In this document: positions 1-13,288 of the stretch, one piece after another | Position numbering within the stretch: position 1 is the stretch's first letter | Layout of the letters: every line of letters begins with the position of its first letter | Assembly (NCBI GenBank): GCA_964016885.1 | Contig: OZ024764.1 | Span: 13,578,001-13,642,000 of the forward strand | DNA: 64,000 nt | DNA from: Eledone cirrhosa | Lineage: Eukaryota | Direction of reading: 5' to 3' | The notes under the pieces: generated by a model | The model's database searches: none | What the model was told of the DNA's origin: nothing | Seen by the model: only the letters and a program-made list of their open reading frames with translations | Made by a program: the position numbers and the translations under genes

Positions 1-1435
1 AAGCCAAACTCCCTATCTTCAATTTGGTATTCATGCCGACCCTTACATATGGTCATGAATCTTGGGTAATGACCGAAAGAATACGATCGCAAATGCAAGC
101 GGCCACGAATGGGGTTCCTCCGAAGTGTCTTTGGTGTAATGTTACTCTATAAAGTGCGTAGCTCGAAGATCAGAGAGTCACTCCAGGTAGAGCTGCTATT
201 TCTTCAAATTGAGAGATCACAGCTCTGATACTACAGACATGTAGTTAGAATGTCTCAGGAAAGAATCTGAATTGAGAGATCACAGCTCTGATACTACAGA
301 CATGTGGATAGAATGTCTCAGGAAAGAATCTCTGAATTGGGAGATCACAGCTCTGATACTACAGACATGTAGTTAGAATGTCTCAGGAAAGAATCTGAAT
401 TGAGAGATCACAGCTCTGATACTACAGACATGTGGTTAGAATGTCTGAGGAAAGAATCTCTAAATTGAGAGATCACAGCTCTGATACTACAGACATGTGG
501 TTAGAATGTCTCAGGAAAGAATCTCCTAATTGAGATATCACAGCTCTGATACTACAGACATGTGGTCAGAATGTCTCAGGAAAGAATCTCTGAATTGAGA
601 TATCACAGCTCTGATACTACAGACATGTGGTTAGAATGTCTGAGGAAAGAATCTCTAAATTGAGAGATCACAGCTCTGATACTACAGACATGTGGTTAGA
701 ATGTCTCAGGAAAGAATCTCCTAATTGAGATATCACAGCTCTGATACAACAGACATGTGGTTAGAATGTCTCAAGAAAGAATCTCTGAATTGAAAGATCA
801 CAGCTCTGATACTACAGACATGTGATTAGAATGTCTCAGGAAAGAATCTGAATTGAGAGAACACAGCTCTGATACTACAGACATGTAGTTAGAATGTCTC
901 AGGAAAGAATCTCTGAATTGAGAGACCACAGCTCTGATACTACAGACATGTAGTTAGAATGTCTCAGGAAAGAATATGCTAATTGAGAGGTCACAGCTCT
1001 GATACTACAAACATGTGGTTAGAATGTCTCAGGAAAGAATCTCTGAATTGAGATATCACAGCTCTGATACTACAGACATGTGGTTAGAATGTCTGAGGAA
1101 AGAATCTCTAAATTGAGATATCACAGCTCTGATACTACAGACATGTGGTTAGAATGTCTGAGGAAAGAATCTCCTAATTGAGAGATCACAGCTCTGATAC
1201 TACAGATATGTGGTTAGAATGTCTCAGGAAAGAATCGCTGGTCAGATTTTAAGGGCAAAACCAACTAACAGGAGACCCAGAGGTAGACTCTGAGCAAGAT
1301 GGTAGGATAACATCCATGAGCTTGGCTGGTCACGCTTGGGGATCCAGCCGGATCTGTTGGAGACTGTTGCTTCTGACAGAACCCGCTGGAAGGAGTGATT
1401 AAGGACTTTGGCCCTACGACCCTCTCAGGAATAAG
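1..1435 (+). mobile_element. Decayed RTE-clade LINE, 3' end of ORF, interrupted by an internal tandem array
   Basis: Manual translation AKLPIFNLVFMPTLTYGHESWVMTERIRSQMQAA/MGFLRSVFG...IERSQL*YYRHVVRMSQERI[array]AGQILRAKPTNRRPRGRL*ARW*DNIHELGWSRLGI...DRTRWKE resembles the RTE (Expander/Rex3-like) C-terminus; stops and frameshift present. Confidence 0.85.
207..1236 (+). repeat. 63-65 bp minisatellite, 16 copies, derived from the RTE coding sequence
   Basis: Unit AATTGAGAGATCACAGCTCTGATACTACAGACATGTGGTTAGAATGTCTCAGGAAAGAATCTCTG; starts at 207, 270, 335 ... 1176. Confidence 0.95.
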
Positions 1436-1551
1436 TGGGCGAACAGAAAGAAAATCTATACAGGATCTTTTGTGAACTCGGGTTTATGGTTGGGAACTGA
1501 GCTGAAGCAGCTTCTAACCACTGGCATTCATCTTACCGAAGCCGTAATGGC

Positions 1552-1736
1552 CTAGTGCATTCCATGTCTCGTGGTCTCTGCCAACTCGGCATTGAAATCA
1601 CCAAGAATAATCACTTTTCCTTCGACTCGAGTAGATGTAATTGTAGCGAGAATGGATTCATAGAATGTCATAATAATCTCTTCACTGGCCTGAAGAGTTG
1701 GAGCATAAACTGACAGTGTTTTGATCTTAGACATGT
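1552..1736 (-). mobile_element. LINE apurinic-like endonuclease (APE) fragment
   Basis: Translation ...SVYAPTLQASEEIIMTFYESI...KVIILGDFNAEL carries the YAPT and GDFNA motifs of LINE APE domains. Confidence 0.8.
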
Positions 1737-1788
<52 letters not shown>

Positions 1789-1835
1789 GTTACTACTACT
1801 ACTACTACTACTGTTACTACTACTACTACTACTGT

Positions 1836-1881
<46 letters not shown>

Positions 1882-1883
1882 GT

Positions 1884-1923
<40 letters not shown>

Positions 1924-1925
1924 GT

Positions 1926-1963
<38 letters not shown>

Positions 1964-1979
1964 TTGATCTTACACATGT

Positions 1980-2020
<41 letters not shown>

Positions 2021-2036
2021 TTGATCTTACACATGT

Positions 2037-2082
<46 letters not shown>

Positions 2083-2201
2083 GTTACTACTACTACTACT
2101 ACTACTAATACTTTTGATCTTACACATGTTACTACTAGTACTACTACTACTACTATTACTGTTACTACTACTACTACTACTACTTTTGATCTTACACATG
2201 T

Positions 2202-2253
<52 letters not shown>

Positions 2254-2255
2254 GT

Positions 2256-2295
<40 letters not shown>

Positions 2296-2297
2296 GT

Positions 2298-2380
<83 letters not shown>

Positions 2381-2396
2381 TTGATCTTACACATGT
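1719..2396. repeat. Composite (TAC)n microsatellite with 6 copies of TTTTGATCTTACACATG
   Basis: 17-mer at about 1719, 1962, 2019, 2112, 2184, 2379, separated by (TAC)n runs. Confidence 0.9.
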
Positions 2397-2593
2397 GTAC
2401 AGTGTCACCTCATAGTGGGACAGAGGCCTGAAAGCGCGCCGAGTTCGCAAAGAGTACTTCGTAACCATGCAGCTACATTGCCGTCTGCCCGCCCTCGTCC
2501 TTCATCACCATCCACCACTCACCGCTATCGCCACCGCCGCCGATCATTGTGTGAAAGAGTACGCCTGCTTGACCATGCGTAATTGTGTCCTTA

Positions 2594-2761
2594 CACACAC
2601 ACACACATACATACATACATACATACATACATACATACATACATACATACATACATACATACTTACTTATATATTTACATATATACATACATACATATAT
2701 ACATATATACATATATATTTACATTCATTCATACATACATACACACACATACATGAAAATA

Positions 2762-2803
<42 letters not shown>

Positions 2804-2812
2804 GCGATTCGC

Positions 2813-2854
<42 letters not shown>

Positions 2855-2889
2855 GCGATTCTTTGCTTAAACTTTAATCTGTTATTTTA

Positions 2890-2921
<32 letters not shown>

Positions 2922-2961
2922 CTACATTTATATATATATATGTGTGTATATATATACACAC

Positions 2962-2993
<32 letters not shown>

Positions 2994-2995
2994 GT

Positions 2996-3033
<38 letters not shown>

Positions 3034-3164
3034 ATATCTATATATATATATATATATATATATATCTACATATATATATATATATATATATGTGTATATA
3101 TATACACACATATATATATATATGTAGATATATATATATGTGTATATATATATCTATATATATA

Positions 3165-3209
<45 letters not shown>

Positions 3210-3290
3210 ACATGCATACATATATGTATGTGTATTTGTACGCGCGCGTGTATAGATGCGGATTTGCCTTTGTATGTATGAGTATACACA

Positions 3291-3356
<66 letters not shown>

Positions 3357-3582
3357 CGGGTATATGTGAATGTATATATATATATATACGTGTGTATATA
3401 TATATATACGTGTGTGTGTATAGAACTAATTGTAAACGCTGACATCCGCTGTATGACTAAATCTCGGTGCGAAATATACACTCTTTTGTTAAGAAGGAAG
3501 GATATTATAAGTACTTATAAAGTTACTACTGCTACTGCTGCTACTACTACTACTACTGCTACTACTACTACTACTACTACTG

Positions 3583-3620
<38 letters not shown>

Positions 3621-3621
3621 G

Positions 3622-3657
<36 letters not shown>

Positions 3658-3687
3658 TTGCTGTTACTACTACTACTACTACTACTG

Positions 3688-3749
<62 letters not shown>

Positions 3750-3774
3750 GCTACTACTACTACTACTACTACTG

Positions 3775-3815
<41 letters not shown>

Positions 3816-3876
3816 GCTACTACTACTACTACTACTACTATTGCTGTTACTACTACTACTACTACTACTACTACTG

Positions 3877-3918
<42 letters not shown>

Positions 3919-4097
3919 TTGCTGTTACTACTACTACTACTACTACTGCTACTACTACTATTGTTACTACTACTACTACAACATCTGCTGCTACTACTAC
4001 TAGTACTACGACTAATGCTACTACTACTACTACTACTACTACTACTGTTACTACTACTACTACTACTACTGCTGCTGCTCTGCTACTACTACTACTG

Positions 4098-4130
<33 letters not shown>

Positions 4131-4137
4131 TTGCTGT

Positions 4138-4177
<40 letters not shown>

Positions 4178-5945
4178 GCTACTACTACATAAACAATAAT
4201 GACAATTGACACCACCACCATACTACATCTCCATTACCAGAACACCAACTCCGTAACGCTACCGACACCACCACCACCACCACCACCACAACAACAACAA
4301 CATCCATTTCCACAAGAACCGCCAATAGCACCACCATCTTTAGCCTCCATCACCGCCACCACTACCATCTCCACCACTCTACCAGCACCACGAGAGTCTT
4401 GAACCACCACCGCCGCCATTGCCATCAACCACAACCACCATTTCCACCTCTCATGCTAACCATTCTGCCACAACTCCTATCTTCATAAAGCTACCATCAA
4501 CACCGCCACAGCCTTCTCGACTCTACCACCACCACCACCACCACCTTCTTCACTCTACCACCACCACCCCCTTCTTCACTCTACCACCTCCACCACCATC
4601 CCCACCATCAATCATCACCACCACCAACACCACCACAATCTTCTAGACTACCCTAACACAACCCCTCATCTCTATAAAGCCACTACCAACTCGACCACCA
4701 CCACCACCGCCACCACCATCTCGACCACCTCAACCCCCCTTCACCACCACCACCACCATCATCTCGACCACCTCAACCCCCCCTTCACCACCACCACCAC
4801 CATCATCACTTCGACCCCCCCTCTTCACCACCACCACCACCACCACCAGTAATATATATGGTACCAAACGGAATCGGTGAAATATGAAATGCCCGGCCTC
4901 TTAAAAGAAAATGTCCATTCTCTCTTCATGTCGATCAATCTCATCCGACGACGAGAAATGGCCTATTGTCGTTACGGACATTGCCGAGGAAATCCGAACA
5001 CTCGATAAGCTCGCCACAAATTGCCTGACACCACCACCACCACCACCACCACCACCACCATTATCTCCACCACCGCCACCACCACCACCATTATCTCCAC
5101 CTCAATCACCACCACCACCACCACCACCACCAGCTCCAGCTCCACACCACCACCACCACCACCATTATCTCCACCTCAACCACCACCACCACCACCACCA
5201 GCTCCACCACCACCAGCTCCACCACCATCACCACCACCACCACCATTATCTCCACCAACACCTTTATCACTACCACCACCACCACCATTATCTCCACCAC
5301 CAGCGCCACCACCACCACCACCATCATCATCTCAACCGCTTCACAACCACCACCATTATCTCCACCATCACCTTGACTACCCCCTTCACCCTCTCACTTC
5401 ACTCTCTCCCCCTCCTTTTATCCTCTCTCCCTCTCCTTTTATCCTCTCACTTCACTCTCTCCCCCTCCTTTCACCCTCTCACTACACTCTCCCCCCCTTC
5501 ACCCTCTCACTACAATCTCCTCCCTTTTCAGCCTCTCACTTCTTCGACTCTCTCCTCCTCCTTTACACTACTCCCTACCTCCTACTTTTCACACTAACCA
5601 ACTACGCCTTCTCCTCTTGGTTTGCATTCCTTTTACAGTTGTTGTTGTTGTTGTTGTAGTATTTGTTGTTGTTGTTGTAGTATTTGTTGTTGTTGTTGTT
5701 ACTGTTGTTACTGTTGTTGTTACTGTTGTTGTTGTTACTGTTGTTGTTGTTGTTGTTACTGTTGTTGCTGTTGTTATGATGTAGTAGTAGTAGTAGTAGT
5801 AGTAGTAGTATTTGTTGCTGATGTTGGTGTTGTATTTGTTGTTGATTATGCAGTTTCTCTTATTGCTATTGGTGGCATTGTTATTCTTCTTCTTCTTCTT
5901 CTTCTTCTTCTTCTTCTTCTTCTTCTTCTTCTTCTTCTTCCTGCC
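2594..5945. repeat. Simple-repeat field: (CATA)n, (TA)n, (CTA)n, (CAC)n, (GTT)n, (CTT)n
   Basis: Directly visible. Confidence 0.95.
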
Positions 5946-6379
5946 TCCTCCTCCCCCCTTCTTTGAAGTGCTAGTGACCTCTTCTCATAATTGCAAAACT
6001 AACCAAAAAAAAAAAAGAAAAAAAAAGAAAAAGAAAAAAGAAGACAAAAACAAACACTCGAGACTTGTTACAGGAACGGTCCGAGGATGGACTGTTGTGG
6101 TTGTGTTTCCGGCTCTTTGACTTCCGGTTTGAGATGCCACTGAGATCAACTTTGCTCTTCATAGTTCTGGGGCCGATATTCAGAGTAGAGGGAGAGAAAC
6201 GAAACCCTCTGTTTAACATTTTTGTTGTTGTTGTTCTTCTTTTTTCTTTGTTCACTTATTCCTGAGAGGTTTCTGGGGTCCTCAAAACACTCCTTTCCAG
6301 TGGGCCCTGTCAGAACCAACCGTCCCCAATTGATCCGGATGGATCCCCATATATACATAAATAAATAAATAAATAAATA

Positions 6380-6461
<82 letters not shown>

Positions 6462-6493
6462 AGAACAAAAGATGGTTAAAGGAGTTCCATGTA

Positions 6494-6560
6494 TTTTATT
6501 ATGCGCATTTCAAAAACAAACATCATCATGCAATAATATTTGTGTTTTCATCAGATAAAA
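6494..6560 (-). ncRNA. Type I hammerhead ribozyme motif, family B
   Basis: Minus strand: TTTTAT-CTGATGA-[AAACACAAAT...TGTTTGTTTTT stem II]-GAAA-TGCGCA-TA-ATAAAA; self-complementary stem III ATGCGCAT; in a short element flanked by (TA)n. Confidence 0.75.
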
Positions 6561-6637
6561 CAGGAGGACATGATATGAAGGCTAAAAAACACTTGTGGAT
6601 ATCATTGCTTTATTGTACTACAATAAAACTCACCTCC

Positions 6638-6673
<36 letters not shown>

Positions 6674-7178
6674 TTTAGTGCAGAATTTTATATATACATG
6701 TAATATATATTTATATATGTGATTATGTAATTATTTCAACTAATTTATTGCTATCATTGTTAGTATTGTTGTTATTGTTCTGCTTGAATGCCATTACTAC
6801 TATATATAGAAGCCATGCCTGTGTATTCCCTTCATTCTCGCTAGCTCTGATGAATTGACTGGTTATAACTATGTATTGGTGATCGATTGACGCAGAAACA
6901 GGCGGGTAGCGATCTCTAGACCTACCAGTTCAGAGAAACAATTGTCAGCAATGTGATTAAAGCCCTCCCTTATTGTATAGCAAACCATGTCACTCTTCTT
7001 TCTTGTTTTATCATTACTCCAAGTGTAAACAACATAGAAATCACCACGCACTCGCAGCATCGCTATGGAAACGCCTTGTTGAGTCAAACTTAGCCAAGCG
7101 TTGATACCATCCACTACTCGGAGTACCCTAACTGGACTACATCTAAGTGGACTACCTATAACAATAATTTGTTATCCC

Positions 7179-7236
<58 letters not shown>

Positions 7237-7239
7237 CTC

Positions 7240-7396
7240 AATGGACACACTAGAATGGGAAGACCAAGGTTAACATATGTTGATGCCCTAAGGACAGACA
7301 CTGGTCTGTTGGAGATGCAGGATATGGCAGCGATAATGAGGGACAGAGACCGCTGGAGAGAACTCGTCCATGGATCTCGGGAATGTCACCCGCCTT

Positions 7397-7400
<4 letters not shown>
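7240..7400 (+). mobile_element. RTE-like LINE extreme 3' end in (TA)n
   Basis: GHTRMGRPRLTYVDALRTDTGL...MRDRDRWRELV resembles the RTE C-terminal GRP..TYID..D...R..WR motif; second copy at 28397-28545 (-). Confidence 0.7.
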
Positions 7401-7447
<47 letters not shown>

Positions 7448-7449
<2 letters not shown>

Positions 7450-7636
7450 AACCAGTAAGGCCCCGACGGCTGAGCTCAAGCCGTTTCGACGGCTAATTCT
7501 GGACAGAATTAGCCGTCGAAACGGCTTGAGCTCAGCCGTCGGGGTCTTACTGGTTCCTATTACCCACTCTACTACCCCAAGTATTGAGTACTTTGGTGCG
7601 TTATGGTCCACCTGGTTCCTTACCACTTTTCCTTCG

Positions 7637-7640
<4 letters not shown>
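7448..7640 (+). mobile_element. Fold-back element family A in (TA)n, carrying the 3' half of a hammerhead
   Basis: Palindrome 7448-7558; contains GAAAC-GGCT-TGAGCTC-AGCC-GTC-GGGGTC (stem III plus GUC site); copies at 10316-10550, 21704-21868, 28109-28372, 28555-28758, 44308-44522. Confidence 0.8.
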
Positions 7641-7670
<30 letters not shown>

Positions 7671-7780
7671 ATGAATAAAGTTTTACAATAGATTAGAAGC
7701 ACTCAACAAGTTGTTTTCTGGAGTTATTAATATTACTTCAAAATATTAATAAATATAGACATTCATGTGATCAAATATAT

Positions 7781-7840
7781 TTTATTATACATATTTCAGA
7801 GGTACTGAGCTATTTCATCAGTACGTCCTCATCAGATCTT
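7781..7840 (-). ncRNA. Hammerhead ribozyme motif, family H
   Basis: Minus: AT-CTGATGA-GGAC GTACTGA...TCAGTAC CTCT-GAAA-TATGTA-TA-AT; stem I weak. Confidence 0.55.
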
Positions 7841-7963
7841 GATGTCTGACATACCTCAACTGTGCTGATGGTTCAATTCCAGTCTTGGCAGTGATTAGTT
7901 ATGACAAAACTCAATATTTATATACCATAAGTTGTAACATGAAAAACTACATATAATAAAGAG

Positions 7964-8070
<107 letters not shown>

Positions 8071-8165
8071 GTAGAACACTGGAAGGTAATATCCGTAGTG
8101 GTAGAGCACTCAGTCCATGGGACGAGTTAGGTAGAAGTAGTAACACAACAGTTAGTTCACCATAC

Positions 8166-8203
8166 CGAGAACAATTGTTTCACCTTAGCGGATCTTCAGC
8201 TCG
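8166..8203 (-). ncRNA. Minimal hammerhead motif, family D
   Basis: Minus: CGAG-CTGAAGA-TCCGCTAAGGT-GAAA-CAATTG-TT-CTCG; palindromic stem III; local fold-back 8187-8247; second copy about 42199-42239. Confidence 0.6.
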
Positions 8204-8352
8204 TAATGGACATGGTTATCATGTCCATTACGAGCTGAAGATCCGCTTGTGTTACTACTTCTATATATATAGAGATATATAGATGTGAGAAAAACCACAG
8301 ACCCTCCTTTCGTAATGGAGTAGTTATATATTGTGCTGTTCACTTTCTATTT

Positions 8353-8377
<25 letters not shown>

Positions 8378-8383
<6 letters not shown>

Positions 8384-8662
8384 AAAGATGAAATCGAAAA
8401 TGCAACTGGAGTCTTCTTTTTTTTAAATATATATTTATTTGGTTCCTTTACCGGTTTCACAGTTCTTTTGCATTTCAAAAGTAGAATTGAGATGGAGGGT
8501 TTGTGGTTTTTCTCATATCTGATGTGAGAAAAACCACAAACCCTCCATCTCAATTCTACTTTTGAAATGCAAAAGAACTGTGAAACCGGTAAAGGAACCA
8601 AATAAATATATATTTAAAAAAAAGAAGACTCCAGTTGCATTTTCGATTTCATCTTTTTTCTT
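8378..8662. repeat. About 140-bp-arm inverted repeat in (TA)n with a variant hammerhead-like core
   Basis: Arms meet near 8518; contains CTT-TTGAAAT-GCA...TGT-GAAA-CCGG-TA-AAGG. Confidence 0.8.
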
Positions 8663-8721
8663 TATACTTTCACTCGTGTAGGACACCTCGGTTATTTTTC
8701 ATTTTGTAAAAAAAACCTCAC

Positions 8722-8804
<83 letters not shown>

Positions 8805-8814
8805 TATATATATA

Positions 8815-8897
<83 letters not shown>

Positions 8898-8927
8898 ATA
8901 TATATAATGTAATATATATATATAATG

Positions 8928-9181
<254 letters not shown>

Positions 9182-9803
9182 ATGCACTGGGGTAATTGCT
9201 GGCCTTGTGCCAATAGTATAAACAATTATGTAAAATCTCCCTATTTTCCCTCATTTCTCCCCGTTTTGGGGCCCCTTTTTTCACGGTACTCCCCGTTTGG
9301 ATTTTTAGAAGTTAGCAGGTCTGAAGTATACAGATACTTTTGCATTACATTCAGAGAATTCCCTCGGCCAGCTGAGGACGTTGAGATAAAGTGGAGATTG
9401 TTCTTAAGATTGTTATTCTCATGTTATAATAATCTAAATAGGCGACAGATTGTTAAAGTGGTTAGAATATCGGAAAGAATGTTTTACTGTATTCCTTCCG
9501 GCTCACTAAACTATCTCAGTTCAAATACCACCAAGGTCAACTTGATCTTCTTGCTTTTCCAGCTCAAAACAGAAAAAGCAAAAAAAAAATAAACATGAGT
9601 TCAGTGGTGGAGTTGAGCCCGGTTCTATTTCTTTTTTTAATCTCACCTATATATATATAAATAAATATATATATATATACGATATTAACAAATGGAAACT
9701 ATATTTATAAAACCATATTTATTTCATTATACATACTTCCAAAAGTAATGGTTGCATTCTTTAAGGGTATGTCAATATTTATTTATAAAACTGATCTATA
9801 TTA

Positions 9804-9868
9804 TATTTTATCTGATGAAAGTACACCATAATTTAACTTGGTGTCCTTGAAATATGTATAATGAAATA
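9804..9868 (+). ncRNA. Hammerhead motif, family C
   Basis: TATTTTAT-CTGATGA-AAGTACACCA...TGGTGTCCTT-GAAA-TATGTA-TA-ATGAAATA; copies 10151-10215(-), 43916-43980(-), 44119-44183(+), about 49468-49532(-). Confidence 0.7.
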
Positions 9869-9909
9869 AATATGGTTTTATAAATATAGTTTCCATTTGT
9901 TAATATATC

Positions 9910-9975
<66 letters not shown>

Positions 9976-9980
9976 GTTAT

Positions 9981-10111
<131 letters not shown>

Positions 10112-10546
10112 GATATTAACAAATGGAAACTACATTTATAAAACCATATTTATTTCATTATACATATTTCGAGGATACCAAGTTAAATTATGGAATGCCT
10201 TCATCAGACAAAATACAATATATACCAGTTTTATAAATAAACATTGACGTACCCTTTCAAAATGCAACCGTTACTTTTGGAAGACATCAGGATATATATA
10301 TAGGATATATATATAGGAAAGGTATGATCCCGACGGCAGAGCTCAAGCCGTTTCGACGGCTATTTCTGGACTAAATTAGAATTTTTAACCAGGCTAAAAA
10401 TTCTAATTTAGTCCAGAAATAGCCGTCGAAACGGCTTGAGCTCTGCCATCGGGGTCATACCTTTTCCTATTATCCACTCTACTACCCTAAGTATTGAGCA
10501 CTCTGGTGCGTTATGGTCCATCTGGTTTCTTACCACAATTCCTTCG

Positions 10547-10606
<60 letters not shown>

Positions 10607-10631
10607 AATGTAATCTGAGTTTTTCGAGTAT

Positions 10632-10836
10632 TAATAATAATATTCGATTCGTTTGCAATTATACAAACAAGCCTCAATTTTATAGCCATGTCTGTAGATT
10701 ATGTTGGCATGCGAACAGAACTGCAGTTCTGTTCGCATGCCAACATAAGAGCAAGAATGAAGTGTTCATTCTACTGACATGGCTATAAAATTGAGGCTTG
10801 TTTGCATAATTGCAAACGAATCGAATGTTATTATTA
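10632..10836. repeat. Nested inverted repeat
   Basis: Outer arms about 10632-10698 and 10770-10836; inner 50-bp perfect palindrome TTATGTTGGCATGCGAACAGAACTGCAGTTCTGTTCGCATGCCAACATAA. Confidence 0.85.
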
Positions 10837-10945
10837 GGGGATTGGCAGTATCGGTAGAGAGTCGGCCGCCATGCTTTGACGCATAGTTACGGCCCTTGCC
10901 ATTCTGAGTTCAAATCCCGCCGAGGTTAACGTTACCTTTCATCCA

Positions 10946-11966
10946 TTAACCCTTTAGCATTTACATTACTCTATATATACTATTGTATTTTCACAGTAAA
11001 GGCTTTACCTCACATAATATCTCACATAACATTTACATTACTCTATATATACTATTGTATTGTCACAGTAAAGGCTTTACCTCACATAATATCTCACATA
11101 ACATTTACATTACTCTATATATACTATTGTATTTTCACAGTAAAGGCTTTACCTCACATAATATCCCACATAACATTTACATTACTCTATATATACTATT
11201 GTATTTTCACAGTAAAGGCTTTACCTCACATAATATCCCACATAACATTTACATTACTCTATATATACTATTGTATTTTCACAGTAAAGGCTTTACCTCA
11301 CATAATATCTCACATAACATTTACATTACTCTATATATACTATTGTATTTTCACAGTAAAGGCTTTACCTCACATAATATCTCACATAATATTTACATTA
11401 CTCTATATTTACTATTGTATTTTCACAGTAAAGGCTTTACCTCACATAATATCTCACATAACATTTACATTACTCTATATATACTATTGTATTTTCACAG
11501 TAAAGGCTTTACCTCACATAATATCTCACATAATATTTACATTACTCTAGATATACTATTGTATTTTCACAGTAAAGACTTTACCTCACATAATATCTCA
11601 CATAATATTTACATTACTCTAGATATACTATTGTATTTTCACAGTAAAGGCTTTACCTCACATAATATCTCACATAATATTTACATTACTCTAGATATAC
11701 TATTGTATTTTCACAGTAAAGACTTTACCTCACATAATATCTCACATAATATTTACATTACTCTAGATATACTATTATATTTTCATGGTAAAGTCGTTAT
11801 CTTACATAAATATCTCACATAATATTGAATCTATGAGAATTTGATGACATTTATTTTGAGAACAATACCTTAACATCAGTATGAGCAGTCAGTTACAGTT
11901 GGTTTGAACAGAAAGAGGTGAGAGCATTCTCGTCGGATACATCCGGTTTAAATGATAAAGGGCTAA
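10946..11966. mobile_element. piggyBac-like MITE with TTAA target site
   Basis: TTAA-CCCTTTAGCATTTA ... TAAATGATAAAGGG-CTAA terminal inverted repeats. Confidence 0.65.
10959..11825. repeat. 72-bp minisatellite, 12 copies, inside the MITE
   Basis: Unit ATTTACATTACTCTATATATACTATTGTATTTTCACAGTAAAGGCTTTACCTCACATAATATCTCACATAAC; period 72 from 10959 to 11751. Confidence 0.95.
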
Positions 11967-12229
11967 TGGTAGGTAAAAAAGTACCACTCTAGTAATGGGG
12001 TCGATTTTCCTTCCATATATCTTCCTCACTTCCTTTCTCTCACCCTTTTTATCCTTCTCAGGAAGAAATCTACTTTATTCAGACCTGGAGAGAAAATGGG
12101 TTCCGCTAGGTGTTTAAAACATGCCATAGAAACGCCGTATGTCAATATGGCGCCCTTACGGTTCCACAAGAGTTACGGGTTCAAACCATACCAAATTATA
12201 TCTCTTTGGGGTAGATTAGTTGAAGGCGT

Positions 12230-12372
12230 GTGGAGGTGTGTGGCTGATTGGTTAGAGAACTGGATTCGCAATCGTGAGCTTGTGAGTTCGATTCCCGGAC
12301 CGGGCGATGCGTTATGTCCTTGAGCAAGACACTTTATTTCACGTTGCTCCTTCTAGGTGGAGTTGCGACCGG
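12230..12372 (+). mobile_element. tRNA-derived SINE, second family
   Basis: A/B-box-like TGGCTGATTGG / GAGTTCGATTCC followed by TGTCCTTGAGCAAGACACTTTATTTCACGTTGCTCC; related copies at 13472-13556 and 53170-54355(-). Confidence 0.75.
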
Positions 12373-12496
12373 TAGAAGATTCAAATGAAACAGTTCTAGT
12401 CCCGTAGAAGAAATTTCTATATTAAATAATGATGTTTACACTCTACTAACGTATTGAGTACCTTAGTTATTGTGGTTATCCGCAATTGAACCCGGG

Positions 12497-12584
<88 letters not shown>

Positions 12585-12654
12585 GAATACATGTATATAT
12601 GAATCTTTGCATATATGTATGTGTATACATATGTATATATGTATGCTTATCTTC

Positions 12655-12701
<47 letters not shown>

Positions 12702-13033
12702 GTGTGTGTGTGTAGACATGCAATGCAACAGGAGGGACATAATAGTAGCACTGGTGATGTTGCAGATGAGCATCGAAAGAACTTTGTTAGACAATATATG
12801 TCTTTATATCTATATTATATATGTATTTTTGACCGTTGGTCAGTCAATGATAAACATTGAGGACCGAATGAATTAACTATGGAGATATAAAAGATACAGA
12901 AGCGAAAACCAACCAAACAGTGAGTGTGTTCTGTTATTATTTCTGGCAATATTATTACAACAATATGACCCTCCCCAAGTATAACAATATTTGTTTCGAC
13001 ACACGTTTTCCTATCAAAAACCTCGCAAAACTA

Positions 13034-13064
<31 letters not shown>

Positions 13065-13236
13065 CATACAGTATTTTCTGTAGTGTTGTAATATAAATAT
13101 TACACACAATAGATGGACAGCTCACGTAGAGTTTGCTCGACGGTTCCAGTTGTAACTGTTATAGAAACACGTGTCAATAAATTCCTTTTAACTAAACTGT
13201 ATCCATTCAAATCTTTCTATATATATATATATACAT

Positions 13237-13288
<52 letters not shown>

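Larger units (their letters stand above)
10838..12010 (+). mobile_element. tRNA-derived SINE split by a TTAA MITE
   Basis: SINE head and core at 10838-10945, resuming near 11967 (AAAAGTACC...GGGGTCGAT). Confidence 0.7.

Noticed and set aside
207-1236. CRISPR-like appearance of this and other arrays
   Set aside because: Units are contiguous with no unique spacers, the context is eukaryotic and there are no cas genes
6860-7180. Unique-looking island (also 2397-2590, 4850-5030, 6060-6350)
   Set aside because: No recognisable ORF, splice pair or RNA motif; cannot be classified without a search
10983-11822. 279-aa repetitive ORF
   Set aside because: It results from a 72-bp (3n) satellite inside a MITE
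12062-12110. Possible extra 48-nt phase-1 exon (RNLLYSDLERKWVPL)
   Set aside because: Weak donor (GTGTTT), lies between repeat remnants, and no recognisable ERG homology
12230-12310. tRNA gene
   Set aside because: A/B boxes belong to a SINE head; no cloverleaf, and it continues into the SINE body
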